Both the position numbers and the translations under genes were made by a program. From an uncultured virus (IMG/VR IMGVR_UViG_3300037499_000085) (Duplodnaviria > Heunggongvirae > Uroviricota > Caudoviricetes): a DNA stretch of 64,000 nt. Shown here one piece after another: positions 9,161 to 18,590 of this stretch (the stretch's first letter is position 1; every line of letters starts with the position of its first letter). The stretch is taken from the IMG/VR virus record IMGVR_UViG_3300037499_000085, one strand, 5' to 3'. The notes beneath the pieces were generated by a model that was not told where the DNA came from, ran no database searches, and saw only the letters and a list, made by a program, of their open reading frames with translations.

Positions 9161-10845
9161 CTGTGTCGATCTTGCCCCTCCGTGACTACCAGCGCGGTGC
9201 AGTGGATGCGGTGCAGGACGCGCATGCCGCCGGGATGAACTTCCCGGCGGTGGTCCTGCCGTGCGGATCCGGGAAGTCGGTCATCCTGGCCCATCTGGCC
9301 GCCGAGAATCTGGCCGCGCACCGTGGCCGGAACCTCGTGCTCGTCCACCGCGACGAGATCGTTGACCAGTTGATCAGCCAGATCAGGGCGGTCGCGCCGT
9401 GCCTCACGGTGGGCAAGGTGAAGGCCGCAGACGACGAGGTGATGGCGGACGTGGTGGTCGCCAGTGTGCAGACCGTGTCCCGGCCGGAAAGGCTCCGGCG
9501 TCTGGTCGCCTCGCAGTACCAAGTTGCTCCGAGATCCGCACACCCGAAGAACTTCGGGCTGGTGATCACCGATGAGTGCCACCGGTCGGCAGCTCCTAGC
9601 TACCTCAAGATCTACGACGCGTTCCCGGGAGCCAAGAAGGCGGGGTTCACCGCCACGCTGTCACGCGGCGACGGAGTCGGCCTCGGGTCCGTCATCGACG
9701 ATGTGGTGTTCACCCGGTCATGGCTATGGATGATCAAGAACGGGTACCTCGTGGACCCGGTGGGGCAGGTGGCCACCGTGGAAGACCTGGACCTGTCCGG
9801 CGTCCGCCGGAGCGGGGGTGACTACGCGGCTGGTGCCCTGGGTGAGGCACTGCTCGACACCGGGGCGCCCGAGGTCATCGCGGCGGCATACCGGCGCTAC
9901 GCGTGGGACCGCTCCGGCGTGGTGTTCACGCCGACCGTGGCCGCCGCCTACGGCGTGCGCGAGGCGCTGGCCACTGCGGGTACCACGGCCGCCGTGGTGG
10001 ACGCTGCTACACCCCGTGCGGACCGTCTGCGGATCTACGAAGACTCACGCAGCGGCAGGGTCCAGGTCATCGTCAACTGTGCGGTGCTGGTCGAGGGAGC
10101 TGACTTCCCGTGGGTGTCCGCCGTAGTGCCCCCTATCACCCGGTCTCAGGGCCGGTTCCAGCAGTCGGTGGGCCGGGCCATGCGCACGTTCCCCGGCAAG
10201 CAGGACGCGCTGGTGCTGTCCGTGGGCGGTATGTCCGGGAGGCTCTGCACACTGGTGGACCTTCAGCCCGGGACCGTGCGGGCCGTCAGGCCGGGGGAAT
10301 CTCTGGTTGAAGCGGAAGTCCGGGAGAAAGCCGAGGCGGACCGGACCGTACCCGCCAGCACGCGCGGGTTCGATCTGAAGGTCCGGCACGTCGACATGTT
10401 CGCAGCGAGCCGGAGTGTGTGGCTGCGCACCCACGGAGGGGTGTACTTCGTCCCCGTGGCGGACGGCGAGGTCTTCCTCTGGAAGGGCTCCGACGGTATG
10501 TGGGAAGTCCGCCACGCACCGCGTGACACGTCCCGTCTCAAGATCGTGTGGCCGGTCCTGTACGAAGGTCTTTCCCTGGAGATGGCCATGGCGTTCGGCG
10601 AGGCTGCTTCCGAGGATCTGGAGACCGGCTCCGCCCGTGTGTCGAGCAAGGCAGCGTCGTGGCGCAAGTCCAAAGCCGGTCCCACCGAGGGCCAGATGGC
10701 CGCCTGCCGCGTCCACGGGGTGGCCGTGCCCGAGGGTGCCACCCGCGCTCAGGTGTCCGATCTGCTGTCCGTACACGTGGCCAGTGCGAAGTTCGATCCG
10801 TTCGCTGTCCGGCTGGCCCGGCAGACCACTGTCAGTGCCCCGTAG
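9157..10845 (+). CDS. superfamily 2 (DEAD/DEAH-like) DNA helicase
   Basis: LRDYQ, PCGSGKS, DECH, TAT, QSVGRAMR motifs. Confidence 0.92.
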   Translation: MTVSILPLRDYQRGAVDAVQDAHAAGMNFPAVVLPCGSGKSVILAHLAAENLAAHRGRNLVLVHRDEIVDQLISQIRAVAPCLTVGKVKAADDEVMADVVVASVQTVSRPERLRRLVASQYQVAPRSAHPKNFGLVITDECHRSAAPSYLKIYDAFPGAKKAGFTATLSRGDGVGLGSVIDDVVFTRSWLWMIKNGYLVDPVGQVATVEDLDLSGVRRSGGDYAAGALGEALLDTGAPEVIAAAYRRYAWDRSGVVFTPTVAAAYGVREALATAGTTAAVVDAATPRADRLRIYEDSRSGRVQVIVNCAVLVEGADFPWVSAVVPPITRSQGRFQQSVGRAMRTFPGKQDALVLSVGGMSGRLCTLVDLQPGTVRAVRPGESLVEAEVREKAEADRTVPASTRGFDLKVRHVDMFAASRSVWLRTHGGVYFVPVADGEVFLWKGSDGMWEVRHAPRDTSRLKIVWPVLYEGLSLEMAMAFGEAASEDLETGSARVSSKAASWRKSKAGPTEGQMAACRVHGVAVPEGATRAQVSDLLSVHVASAKFDPFAVRLARQTTVSAP

Positions 10846-10857
10846 GAGGATGAACCC

Positions 10858-11061
10858 ATGACCGCCAATCCCAACGATTCAACCGGCTTCCTGATGGGCG
10901 ACACCCCAGAACCTGAGGAAGACGACCAGGGCCCCCCGTGGATCACCGCACGGTACGACGGGTTCTGTTCCGCGTGCGAGGAGTTCCACATCACGGCCGG
11001 TGAGACCCGCATCCGTGCCGACGGGTGCGGGGGCTGGGAAGCCGAGGAGTGTGCTTGGTGA
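10858..11061 (+). CDS. small Cys-containing protein
   Basis: RBS AGGAGG; ARYDGFCSAC. Confidence 0.65.
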   Translation: MTANPNDSTGFLMGDTPEPEEDDQGPPWITARYDGFCSACEEFHITAGETRIRADGCGGWEAEECAW

Positions 11062-11282
11062 AGATCAAAAGCATCGAGCTGGAGAACAGCCTGCCGGTCC
11101 GGATCGTGGTTGAGCTGACGGTCGAGGAGGCCGCACAGATCGCGAAGTGGACCGGGTCCCTGTCCCCGGTCACTGGCATGACCGGCGAGACGTCCGAGCT
11201 GTACGGGGCCTTGACCGGAAGTGTCTTCAATCGCTTCTGGGACGACGGAGTCGACGGGTACCTGAGAGGTGAGACCGAGTGA
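11058..11282 (+). CDS. hypothetical protein
   Basis: GTGA coupling at both ends. Confidence 0.6.
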   Translation: MKIKSIELENSLPVRIVVELTVEEAAQIAKWTGSLSPVTGMTGETSELYGALTGSVFNRFWDDGVDGYLRGETE

Positions 11283-11587
11283 AAGCGCGAACAATTCTCA
11301 TGTGCGGTGGACCGGCCGACGGGCGATGGGTGACTGTGCCGCCAGGAGCCACGTACCAGGACGTGATGGAGCCGGTCCGCCCGTCGGTGCGGATGCTGTC
11401 CCAGGAGGAAGCCCTGGCGCAAGTGCAGGGAGAACTGACCCGGGTCAGGTACCGGATCACATCGGTGCCGGTCGCGGGCCATGAACTGTGGATAGGGGTG
11501 TGTGAGGCCGAGGCGTACGACGACCGGGCCGTCTTGCGCGCGATCTTGCAGCGTGATGTTGCTCAGTACCTGGGGGCGTACCGATGA
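11279..11587 (+). CDS. hypothetical protein
   Basis: GGPADGR N-terminal motif common in small phage proteins. Confidence 0.65.
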   Translation: MKARTILMCGGPADGRWVTVPPGATYQDVMEPVRPSVRMLSQEEALAQVQGELTRVRYRITSVPVAGHELWIGVCEAEAYDDRAVLRAILQRDVAQYLGAYR

Positions 11588-11961
11588 ACGCTCCTGTAGA
11601 AATCAGCGGGTACTGCCCGGCGTGCGGACATGGGTCCCTCGTGATCTACCCGGCACCTCTCAACGCCGTGCCGATATGGGTCATGTGCTGCTGGCCCGAC
11701 TGCCCCCGTCCGACTGCCGCGCACGAAATCCTCGCCGACCGGGAGACGGAGCACATCGTCGACCTCGGAACGGAAGGGTTCACGCTCCGGCATCCCCTGC
11801 GCGAGCGCCTGGACGATGCGCTCATGGACTGCGACGTACATGCGCGACTGGCCGCCGGAGGCCCGCCCGCGAGCACCGGCCGGTTCCGGGTCAGGCTCCA
11901 CACAGTGGAAGAGCCGGACGGCGTAGAGCTGACCTTCGAGCCACTGGAAGACCAGGAGTGA
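11584..11961 (+). CDS. hypothetical Cys-motif protein
   Basis: CPACG...CPRP. Confidence 0.65.
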   Translation: MNAPVEISGYCPACGHGSLVIYPAPLNAVPIWVMCCWPDCPRPTAAHEILADRETEHIVDLGTEGFTLRHPLRERLDDALMDCDVHARLAAGGPPASTGRFRVRLHTVEEPDGVELTFEPLEDQE

Positions 11962-11966
11962 TCACC

Positions 11967-14198
11967 ATGTCGGACAGCAACGATTTCCTGATGAGCGACG
12001 GACCCCCGGCGCCCGACCCCATGGACGTGCTCATGGCCGAGGACCGGCCGAGCAACGGACTCGACAAGCTGTACAAGAACAAACGCTATTACCTGCCGGA
12101 CCCGGTCACCGGTCTGCTCCGCACCTGGACGCGCGTCACCACCATGGCCGAGACGACCAGTGATCTTTACGCACTGAACCTCTGGCGTATCCGCATGATG
12201 ATCATCGGTCTGACCCGGAACCCGGAGCTGCTCGACGAACTACGGGAGCTGGACGAGTTCGACCCCGAGACCGGCAAGGGAAAGCTCGACCCCAAGCTGC
12301 ACAAAGACAAGTTGAACAAGATCGGATTCCGGTCGCAGGATCTCGCCGGAGCCAAGGTGCCCGCCGGGTGGGGCACCCGCATGCACACCTGGATCGAGAA
12401 GCTGTCCCGCGACGAGATCACTCTGTCCGAGGTGGAGGACAAGTACCGCGACGAGGTGACCGCGTGGCATGCCGCGATGCAGGGTGCGGAGCTGTCCGCC
12501 GTGCCCCATCTCATCGAGCGCCGGGTGTCCATTCCTGTGTACGGCACGGCTGGGACCTTGGACCAGATCGACCGTGTGCACCGGTCCCGGTCCATCCGGC
12601 TCGGTAACCGGGTCGTCCGGCTCAACGCGGGTGACCACCTCGTGGGCGACGTCAAGGGGTTGGCCCTCACGGAGCGCATCCCTACTCCGGACGGCTGGGC
12701 GACCATGGGCGAACTCCGCACCGGTGACCAGGTGTTCGACGCGTACGGCACGCCGTGCAACGTGACCGAGAAGTCCCCGGTGAAGAGGATCGGAACGTAC
12801 ATCGTCCGGTTCGATGACGGGTCCTCCGTGGTGTGCGACCGTGAGCACATCTGGTGGACGGCTGCCGGATTCGGGACCAACGTGCGCCCTCCGTTCAAGC
12901 CGACTGCCAAGCCCGTATCAGAGATCATCAGTACGTTGCGGAACAGCAACGGGGCGCAGCACCGGGTTCCGGTGGCCGGTCCATTGGATCTTCCGGAATC
13001 CGATCTCCCCATTGATCCGTACCTCTTGGGGTGCTGGCTCGGGGACGGTGCGGTACGCGGTGGGACCATTCACAAGGGCCGCGATCTGTTCGAGATCCTG
13101 GAAGCTGATGGTCATTCGCTCGGGGTGGAACAGGACGACAAATCTGATCACTGTGTTGCACGCACAGTGATCGGCTTGACTACGCAGCTCCGGGCGGCTG
13201 GTTTGCTGCACAACAAGCACATCCCGGCCTACTACCTCCGGGCATCCGCCGGGCAGCGTGTGCGCCTGCTACAGGGCTTGATGGACACCGACGGGACATG
13301 GAACACCGCTCGGAATTCCGCCGCGTTCAGCACCACGGACAAGGCTCTCGCCGGACAGGTTGAAGAGCTGATGCTGTCCCTTGGGCAGCGTCCGCACGTG
13401 TCATACATGAAACGGCACGGGTACGGCTTGACCGTGGACTCATGGACGGTAGAGATCACCCCGGTTGATCTCAACCCGTTCCGGCTGCCCCGGAAGGCGG
13501 ACCAGGCCGCCGCGTCCGTCAAGTCGGTGACCCGATCACGTCGTCGGGTGATCACCCAAGTACTTCCGGGCCCGGATGTCGACACGGCGTGCATCGCGGT
13601 CGACTCCCCGACGCACACCTATCTGTGCGGGGACCGGATGATCCCCACGCACAACAGCGGCCGGGATCTTGACTACGGGTGGGGGGAGATCTCCATCCAG
13701 ATGGCTCTCTACGCGCACGGCGCGCGCGAAGGGCTGGTTGCCCGCTGGGATCCGGACGCCGAGACAGCCGACCCGGACGACCCCGGGGCGTGGGTGTGGG
13801 AGGACATCGGCATACCCCCCAAGTCGATCAGACAGGATGTCGGAGTGGTCATGCACGTGCCCATCGGTGAGAAGACGTGCACCCTGCACTGGATAGACCT
13901 CACCGAGGGCTGGAAGGCCGTACAGCTTTGCGACAACGTACGGGACTGGCGGAAGGCCAAGGGACTCCAGACTCCGTTCTCCATCGCCGAGGTGCCCACC
14001 GACGATCCGGGGTCCAGTCCCCGGGTGCGTGCGTCCAGTTGGCAGGAACGGTTCGCGTCGATCACGTCCAGGCCGCACGCCACGCTGCTGTACCGGGAGT
14101 ACCTCCGCGCCGGTGGGGTGCACGGCAGCCCTGAGGCGAACCGGCTCATCGCCATAGCGACCAAGCACCTGGAACAGCTCGAAGAGTCCAGCGCGTAG
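11967..14198 (+). CDS. RecB/Cas4-like PD-(D/E)xK exonuclease interrupted by an intein
   Basis: RVTT, GTRMH, AGTLD, GDVK|SG and QMALYA motifs; RBS AGGAG. Confidence 0.85.
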   Translation: MSDSNDFLMSDGPPAPDPMDVLMAEDRPSNGLDKLYKNKRYYLPDPVTGLLRTWTRVTTMAETTSDLYALNLWRIRMMIIGLTRNPELLDELRELDEFDPETGKGKLDPKLHKDKLNKIGFRSQDLAGAKVPAGWGTRMHTWIEKLSRDEITLSEVEDKYRDEVTAWHAAMQGAELSAVPHLIERRVSIPVYGTAGTLDQIDRVHRSRSIRLGNRVVRLNAGDHLVGDVKGLALTERIPTPDGWATMGELRTGDQVFDAYGTPCNVTEKSPVKRIGTYIVRFDDGSSVVCDREHIWWTAAGFGTNVRPPFKPTAKPVSEIISTLRNSNGAQHRVPVAGPLDLPESDLPIDPYLLGCWLGDGAVRGGTIHKGRDLFEILEADGHSLGVEQDDKSDHCVARTVIGLTTQLRAAGLLHNKHIPAYYLRASAGQRVRLLQGLMDTDGTWNTARNSAAFSTTDKALAGQVEELMLSLGQRPHVSYMKRHGYGLTVDSWTVEITPVDLNPFRLPRKADQAAASVKSVTRSRRRVITQVLPGPDVDTACIAVDSPTHTYLCGDRMIPTHNSGRDLDYGWGEISIQMALYAHGAREGLVARWDPDAETADPDDPGAWVWEDIGIPPKSIRQDVGVVMHVPIGEKTCTLHWIDLTEGWKAVQLCDNVRDWRKAKGLQTPFSIAEVPTDDPGSSPRVRASSWQERFASITSRPHATLLYREYLRAGGVHGSPEANRLIAIATKHLEQLEESSA
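12657..13655 (+). mobile_element. class 3 intein (333 aa) with LAGLIDADG homing endonuclease
   Basis: starts GLALTERIPTPDGW; WCT signature DREHIW, TACIAVD, IPTHN/S; LLGCWLGDG and LLQGLMDTDG. Confidence 0.9.
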
Positions 14199-14224
14199 GT
14201 TTACCGTGTGCTTATGCAATCTGT

Positions 14225-14233
14225 TGGTACTAT
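14225..14233 (+). promoter_or_regulatory. extended -10 promoter upstream of tRNA-Asn/SSB
   Basis: TGG-TACTAT in an AT-richer intergenic stretch. Confidence 0.45.
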
Positions 14234-14316
14234 GAACCTGCGGGCCGGTCCACGGGCCGTGACAACTGAATAGCCGGGCCCGTTGCGCTCCGCAAACACA
14301 CCGGGTCCGGCGTCAG

Positions 14317-14389
14317 TCCTCCGTAGCTCAGTTGGCAGAGCACCGTCCTGTTAAGTCGGTGGCCGCTGGTTCGAGTCCAGCCGGGGGAG
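14317..14389 (+). tRNA. tRNA-Asn(GTT), CCA not encoded
   Basis: acceptor TCCTCCG/CGGGGGA, D arm GCTC/GAGC, anticodon loop CTGTTAA (one T-T mismatch in the stem), T arm GCTGG TTCGAGT CCAGC. Confidence 0.9.
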
Positions 14390-14445
14390 CGCATCACACA
14401 ACCCAACAAGCCCGCAGCCCGCAGCACACAGCAAAGGATCACAGC

Positions 14446-14994
14446 ATGACGACAGAGCAGAGCCCGCTCGACTTCCTCATGCAGGGAAGCTCGGTCGGCG
14501 CGCAGTTCCCCAAGGTCGGACACAGCTACTCCGGCACCATCGTCCAGATCGGCAAGGCCCGGCAGCAGACGGACCTGTCCACCAAGCAGCCGAAGTTCTT
14601 CGACGACGGCGTGACTCCCCGCATGCAGGTGCCGGTCACCCTGGCCACCGACGCGCGCGGAAAGTTCGTCCGCGAGGACAACAGCTCACCGTGGGAACTC
14701 CAGGACATCCCGGACGACGACGGCGTCCGTACCCTCTGGGTCGCGGCCGACATGCAGCGTGCCATCCGCGACGCGGTGGTGCAGGCCCGCAAGGACCACG
14801 GACTCAGTCCCGAACAGCTCAAGGGACCGGAGGTGGGCGGTCATCTCACCGTGACGCGTACCAAGTCCAAGGCCGCGAAGAAGGCCGGATGGTCCGGCCA
14901 GCACACCTTCGAGGCCGTCTACGTGCCGAAGGCCGCGAACGCGGGCGCCGACTCGATCATGGATGACCGCGACCCGTTCAGCAAGTCCGAGTAG
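14446..14994 (+). CDS. putative single-stranded DNA-binding protein
   Basis: beta-rich actinophage SSB-like pattern (SGTIV..QQTD..DDGVRTLWV..GGHLTV) with acidic DDRDPF tail, next to the exonuclease. Confidence 0.6.
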   Translation: MTTEQSPLDFLMQGSSVGAQFPKVGHSYSGTIVQIGKARQQTDLSTKQPKFFDDGVTPRMQVPVTLATDARGKFVREDNSSPWELQDIPDDDGVRTLWVAADMQRAIRDAVVQARKDHGLSPEQLKGPEVGGHLTVTRTKSKAAKKAGWSGQHTFEAVYVPKAANAGADSIMDDRDPFSKSE

Positions 14995-15005
14995 CACACC
15001 CGGTC

Positions 15006-15044
15006 GTCAGCCCCCTACCGGAACCGAAGCCGGTGGGGGGCTGA
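15006..15044 (+). terminator. stem-loop after SSB
   Basis: GTCAGCCCCCTACCGG...CCGGTGGGGGGCTGAC. Confidence 0.5.
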
Positions 15045-15166
15045 CTTACAGACAGGGTCCGGCACGGGGCACAACCGGTCCGCAGGACGTACGGGGGACC
15101 GGGGCGGGCCGCCGCGTAGGGCCACCTCCCACAATCGCGCCAGAGTGGCGCACAGGGATCTGAATC

Positions 15167-15454
15167 ATGAAAGCAGCGGTCATGACAGGAAAGCGAGCAG
15201 CACGGAAGGGCGACCCGTCGGAGAACATCGCACAGGCGCAGTACTGGCAGTCGATCAAGAACAAGTACCTCGCCGCTGGTCTCTGCAACGGATGCTCCGG
15301 GCAGGCCGCGTACGGCCATCAGCTCGGGTTCAGCCGGGTGCACGATCCGTGTTCCGCGTGCCGTGGCATACAGGTGCCGGTCTCCCTGACCTACCGGCAC
15401 GGTGGCTGGGGGCAGCTCTGGCTCGACGACCACTTCGTCAAGGACGTGGGCTGA
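15167..15454 (+). CDS. hypothetical protein with two CxxC motifs
   Basis: CNGC, CSAC. Confidence 0.65.
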   Translation: MKAAVMTGKRAARKGDPSENIAQAQYWQSIKNKYLAAGLCNGCSGQAAYGHQLGFSRVHDPCSACRGIQVPVSLTYRHGGWGQLWLDDHFVKDVG

Positions 15455-15456
15455 CC

Positions 15457-15732
15457 ATGACCACCGACCGGCCGCGCGGCGGACGCCGCCCCGAGGAATT
15501 CCCGGAAGCGCGTGCGCGTGACGCGAAGATCATCGATCTGCTCCGCACGTACGGCGGGATGACCAGAAACGATCTCGCTACGAATCTGTACCTGGACGAC
15601 CGCCCGAAGCTGGTCACCTACGCGCTGCACCGGCTCCGGCTCCGGGGCCTGGTGCACCACATCCCCAAAGGAAACGAGGGTCACGGTGTATGGGCCGTGA
15701 CTGCCAAGGCACGACAGGAGCGAGGAGCATGA
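15457..15732 (+). CDS. winged-helix DNA-binding protein
   Basis: IIDLLRTYGGMTRNDLA...ALHRLRLRGLV. Confidence 0.7.
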   Translation: MTTDRPRGGRRPEEFPEARARDAKIIDLLRTYGGMTRNDLATNLYLDDRPKLVTYALHRLRLRGLVHHIPKGNEGHGVWAVTAKARQERGA

Positions 15733-16223
15733 ACATGGTCAACTTGGGCCCGCTCTCATGCGGGGCATGGCTGGAGGTGTCCACCGCCGAGGGCCGCCGC
15801 CGTATCTGTGTGCTGGCCGCCGGTCACTACCGGGAGACCGAGGGACCGGCCGTCGGCGAGAATCCGTCCTGGCACACCGACTGTCTGGGGGCGGAACGAG
15901 CGTCCGAGCCGCTGGAAGGTCGCCACGGACTCAACCGCGAGGTACGTTGCGACGGCCGCGCGTGCTCCGTGTGGGCCGACTGGGCTGACGGAGCACACCC
16001 GTCCGAGGCGCCGGTCATGTCGTTCATGGAGAGCGTGATCCGCGCCGCTTCGGACGGCCCGGTCATGCCGCCGGTGGAGCTTCCGGCCTACGTGGCCAAC
16101 GTGTCGTTCGACACGGCCGACGGGGAGCGCGTGGTGTCCGCCACGCTGTACGGTCCGGCGGAATTCCTGGCCACGGCCGTCGGTTCGATCACGGAAGCGT
16201 TCCGGGACGAGGTGGAGAAGTGA
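15729..16223 (+). CDS. hypothetical protein
   Basis: ATGA coupling, RBS GAGGAG. Confidence 0.6.
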   Translation: MNMVNLGPLSCGAWLEVSTAEGRRRICVLAAGHYRETEGPAVGENPSWHTDCLGAERASEPLEGRHGLNREVRCDGRACSVWADWADGAHPSEAPVMSFMESVIRAASDGPVMPPVELPAYVANVSFDTADGERVVSATLYGPAEFLATAVGSITEAFRDEVEK

Positions 16224-16549
16224 GGTGGCTACGGATCTTCCAGCGCAAGTCGCCGGTTCTGCCTGTCCAGTTGCTCACCGTGGAGGAGCCGTTCAGCCAC
16301 GAGGAGCTACAGCGGATCTTCGACAAGAACCGGAACGCGACCGGTACGTCGTACCGGGTCGGCACTCATCCGTCCGGCGGTCCGCTTCCGGTGGAGGCTC
16401 AGGTGTTCCTCCGCGTCATGGGCGAGGATCTGTCCGGCGCGCGGAACCTGCTCCGAGGCATGCCCCCCACGGAACGGGCGATCTTGCTGTTCTGGATAGA
16501 GCAGATGGCCGGACTCGTGTACGAAGTCGAAGAGCGGGAGGGTATCTGA
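16220..16549 (+). CDS. hypothetical protein
   Basis: GTGA coupling. Confidence 0.6.
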   Translation: MRWLRIFQRKSPVLPVQLLTVEEPFSHEELQRIFDKNRNATGTSYRVGTHPSGGPLPVEAQVFLRVMGEDLSGARNLLRGMPPTERAILLFWIEQMAGLVYEVEEREGI

Positions 16550-16551
16550 TC

Positions 16552-17247
16552 ATGGCTAGGTACCACACCACGGGCAGGGCCGTGTGCAATGTCCAGTGCG
16601 GGAAGTGGATCTACGGAACCCCGGACAGGGAGTTCGTACCCGACGGGTCGTACGACTTTCACCGGAAGTACAGTCCCGGCTCCCCGTTCATCGTTTTCAA
16701 ACCGATCGTTCATCGCTCGTGGCTATCGCGCGCCGTACTCCGCGTCCGGCGTTCCCGTTGGATCGAGGTGGACGTTCCGGCGAGTGGGGGTTCTGGAGAC
16801 GGCCATTGGAACCAGAAGTGGCGCGTGTCCGTGACGAAGTGCAGGGGTGAGACGGACACAGACATCCTCGACGGTGCGTACGAGCACGTGCGCAACGAAC
16901 TGAAGATCATTGAGACGCTGATCCAATGGCGCCGGGACATCCCCGTTGCAACGCGTCCCGTTGCATGGTCGTACCGTCTCCCGGACGGGACGCACCCCCC
17001 GGTCGTGTATTTCATGCGCAACGGAACGCGCGTCAAGATCGGTACGACGTCTCACATACGCAACAGGGTGCGGCGTCTTGCGTTGCGTCCCGAAAACGTT
17101 GCACTCATTACCCCGGGGGACCGGGACGCGGAGCACGCGTTTCACCAGCGTTTCGCAACGTACCGGGTCGGAGACACCGAGTGGTTCGACGAGACGGGGA
17201 CGCTCCGCGATTTCATCGAGACGGAGAGGCTGGGACAGCGGTCATGA
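16552..17247 (+). CDS. T5orf172/GIY-YIG-like domain protein
   Basis: VVYFMRNGTRVKIGTT...EHAFHQRF...TEWF. Confidence 0.75.
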   Translation: MARYHTTGRAVCNVQCGKWIYGTPDREFVPDGSYDFHRKYSPGSPFIVFKPIVHRSWLSRAVLRVRRSRWIEVDVPASGGSGDGHWNQKWRVSVTKCRGETDTDILDGAYEHVRNELKIIETLIQWRRDIPVATRPVAWSYRLPDGTHPPVVYFMRNGTRVKIGTTSHIRNRVRRLALRPENVALITPGDRDAEHAFHQRFATYRVGDTEWFDETGTLRDFIETERLGQRS

Positions 17248-18053
17248 GCACTGAGAAGAAGACCGACAAGGCTCTGAAGTGGATCGAGTGGCTGCCCCGT
17301 GCGGGATGGCCCGTCGTAGCGGTGATCGTCATGGTGATGTGTGCCCCCGGTGAACACGCTCTGGCCGTGCTGGCCGGTTGGGAGGAGCACCTTGCGTGGG
17401 GCATGCCTGCCTGCCTGGTCGCGTACGCGGGCATCGCGGCGTCCGTGGCTACCAGGCGCAGTAAGGGTGCCCAGGGACGGGCCACGGCCATCGTGGGCGC
17501 GTTCACGTCACTCGCCGCTGCCATGGCCGCGCAGCCAGTCAGTCACCTGTTCGTGACCGGCCACTGGGACGCGTCTCCGTCCCCGGTGTGGCTGGTTGTT
17601 GCAGTGAGCTGTGTCCCGCCTCTCGTGCTGGGACACCTCATGCACGTTGCGGCGTCTCACGGACGGTCTGCTGAGACTCCCGCCGAAACCGTTGCAGCCG
17701 TGGCTGAGACATCGTCTGACGCAAGTATCGAGTCGCTCCGGGCCCCTCTTGCGGTGCCGAAGAAGCGTCTCACCAAGACTCCGGCCCGTCCCGCACTGCC
17801 TACCCCCGAGACGCCGGATGAGACGAAGACTCTTCTCACCGTTGCAGAGGCCGCAGCCGTTGCGTCTCAGGTACGCGGTGAGACCGTCTCGTCGTCAACC
17901 GTCCGGACGTGGAAACACAGGGGGCGTCTCACTCCCGCGCTCGACGAGGACGGGACGCTGTTCGAGCGGGACGCCGTTGTAGCCGCTGCAACGCGCAACG
18001 GAAAGAACCCGGCACCTGCAACTGACGATCACCACACCACACAGGAGAAGTAG
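17244..18053 (+). CDS. SpdB/DUF2637-like plasmid spread protein with C-terminal HTH
   Basis: four TM helices (GEHALAVLAGW, VSCVPPLVLGHLMH), Pro-rich linker, LTVAEAA...SSTVRTWKHRG. Confidence 0.7.
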   Translation: MSTEKKTDKALKWIEWLPRAGWPVVAVIVMVMCAPGEHALAVLAGWEEHLAWGMPACLVAYAGIAASVATRRSKGAQGRATAIVGAFTSLAAAMAAQPVSHLFVTGHWDASPSPVWLVVAVSCVPPLVLGHLMHVAASHGRSAETPAETVAAVAETSSDASIESLRAPLAVPKKRLTKTPARPALPTPETPDETKTLLTVAEAAAVASQVRGETVSSSTVRTWKHRGRLTPALDEDGTLFERDAVVAAATRNGKNPAPATDDHHTTQEK

Positions 18054-18056
18054 ATC

Positions 18057-18590
18057 ATGACCACACCCGTCAAGAAGACCGCCGCACCGCGCAAGACCGC
18101 CGCCCGCAAGACCGCTGCACCGGCCGCACCGTCCTCCCCGCCGGGGACGCCGGTGAGCCAGGGCAACACACAAATGCACCGCCGGGGCCGGGGCCAGTTC
18201 GCCGCGTGGGCCGACTCGGTGCAGAACCTGGACATCACCACGGTCGACGAACTGTACGAGTTCTGCGAGGACACCCGTACTTTCTGCCAGGAGGCATCCT
18301 CCCTGCTTGAGGTGCTGGCCAAGCAGTTCGACCACAACCTCAAGCTGACCGAGAAGAAGAAAGACAGCAAGTGGTCGTGGCTGGGGGTCTCGTTCGGGGG
18401 CCGGTTCAAGAAGCCGGTCAAGGAGCTGCACAAGGTCAGCGACTCGTTCGAGGCCGCCGCGAAGCACGCGTACGCCTGCTGGATCGAGTACGAGAAGGCG
18501 TCCCTCGAAATGCAGGAAGAAGTCCGCGCGGCAGAGATCGCGTCCCGTCACGGCAACAAGGGCGCAGGGGGTTTCGATCATGACTTCTGA
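18057..18590 (+). CDS. TraA-like plasmid transfer accessory protein
   Basis: helical protein with low-complexity N-terminus, overlapping the traB start; called mainly on synteny. Confidence 0.5.
   Translation: MTTPVKKTAAPRKTAARKTAAPAAPSSPPGTPVSQGNTQMHRRGRGQFAAWADSVQNLDITTVDELYEFCEDTRTFCQEASSLLEVLAKQFDHNLKLTEKKKDSKWSWLGVSFGGRFKKPVKELHKVSDSFEAAAKHAYACWIEYEKASLEMQEEVRAAEIASRHGNKGAGGFDHDF

Noticed and set aside
11967..14198. Cas4 as evidence of a CRISPR system
   Set aside because: Stand-alone phage RecB/Cas4-like exonuclease in a helicase-SSB context, with no cas1/cas2 or array
14332..14445. N-terminal extension of the SSB ORF
   Set aside because: Runs through tRNA-Asn; the RBS supports ATG 14446
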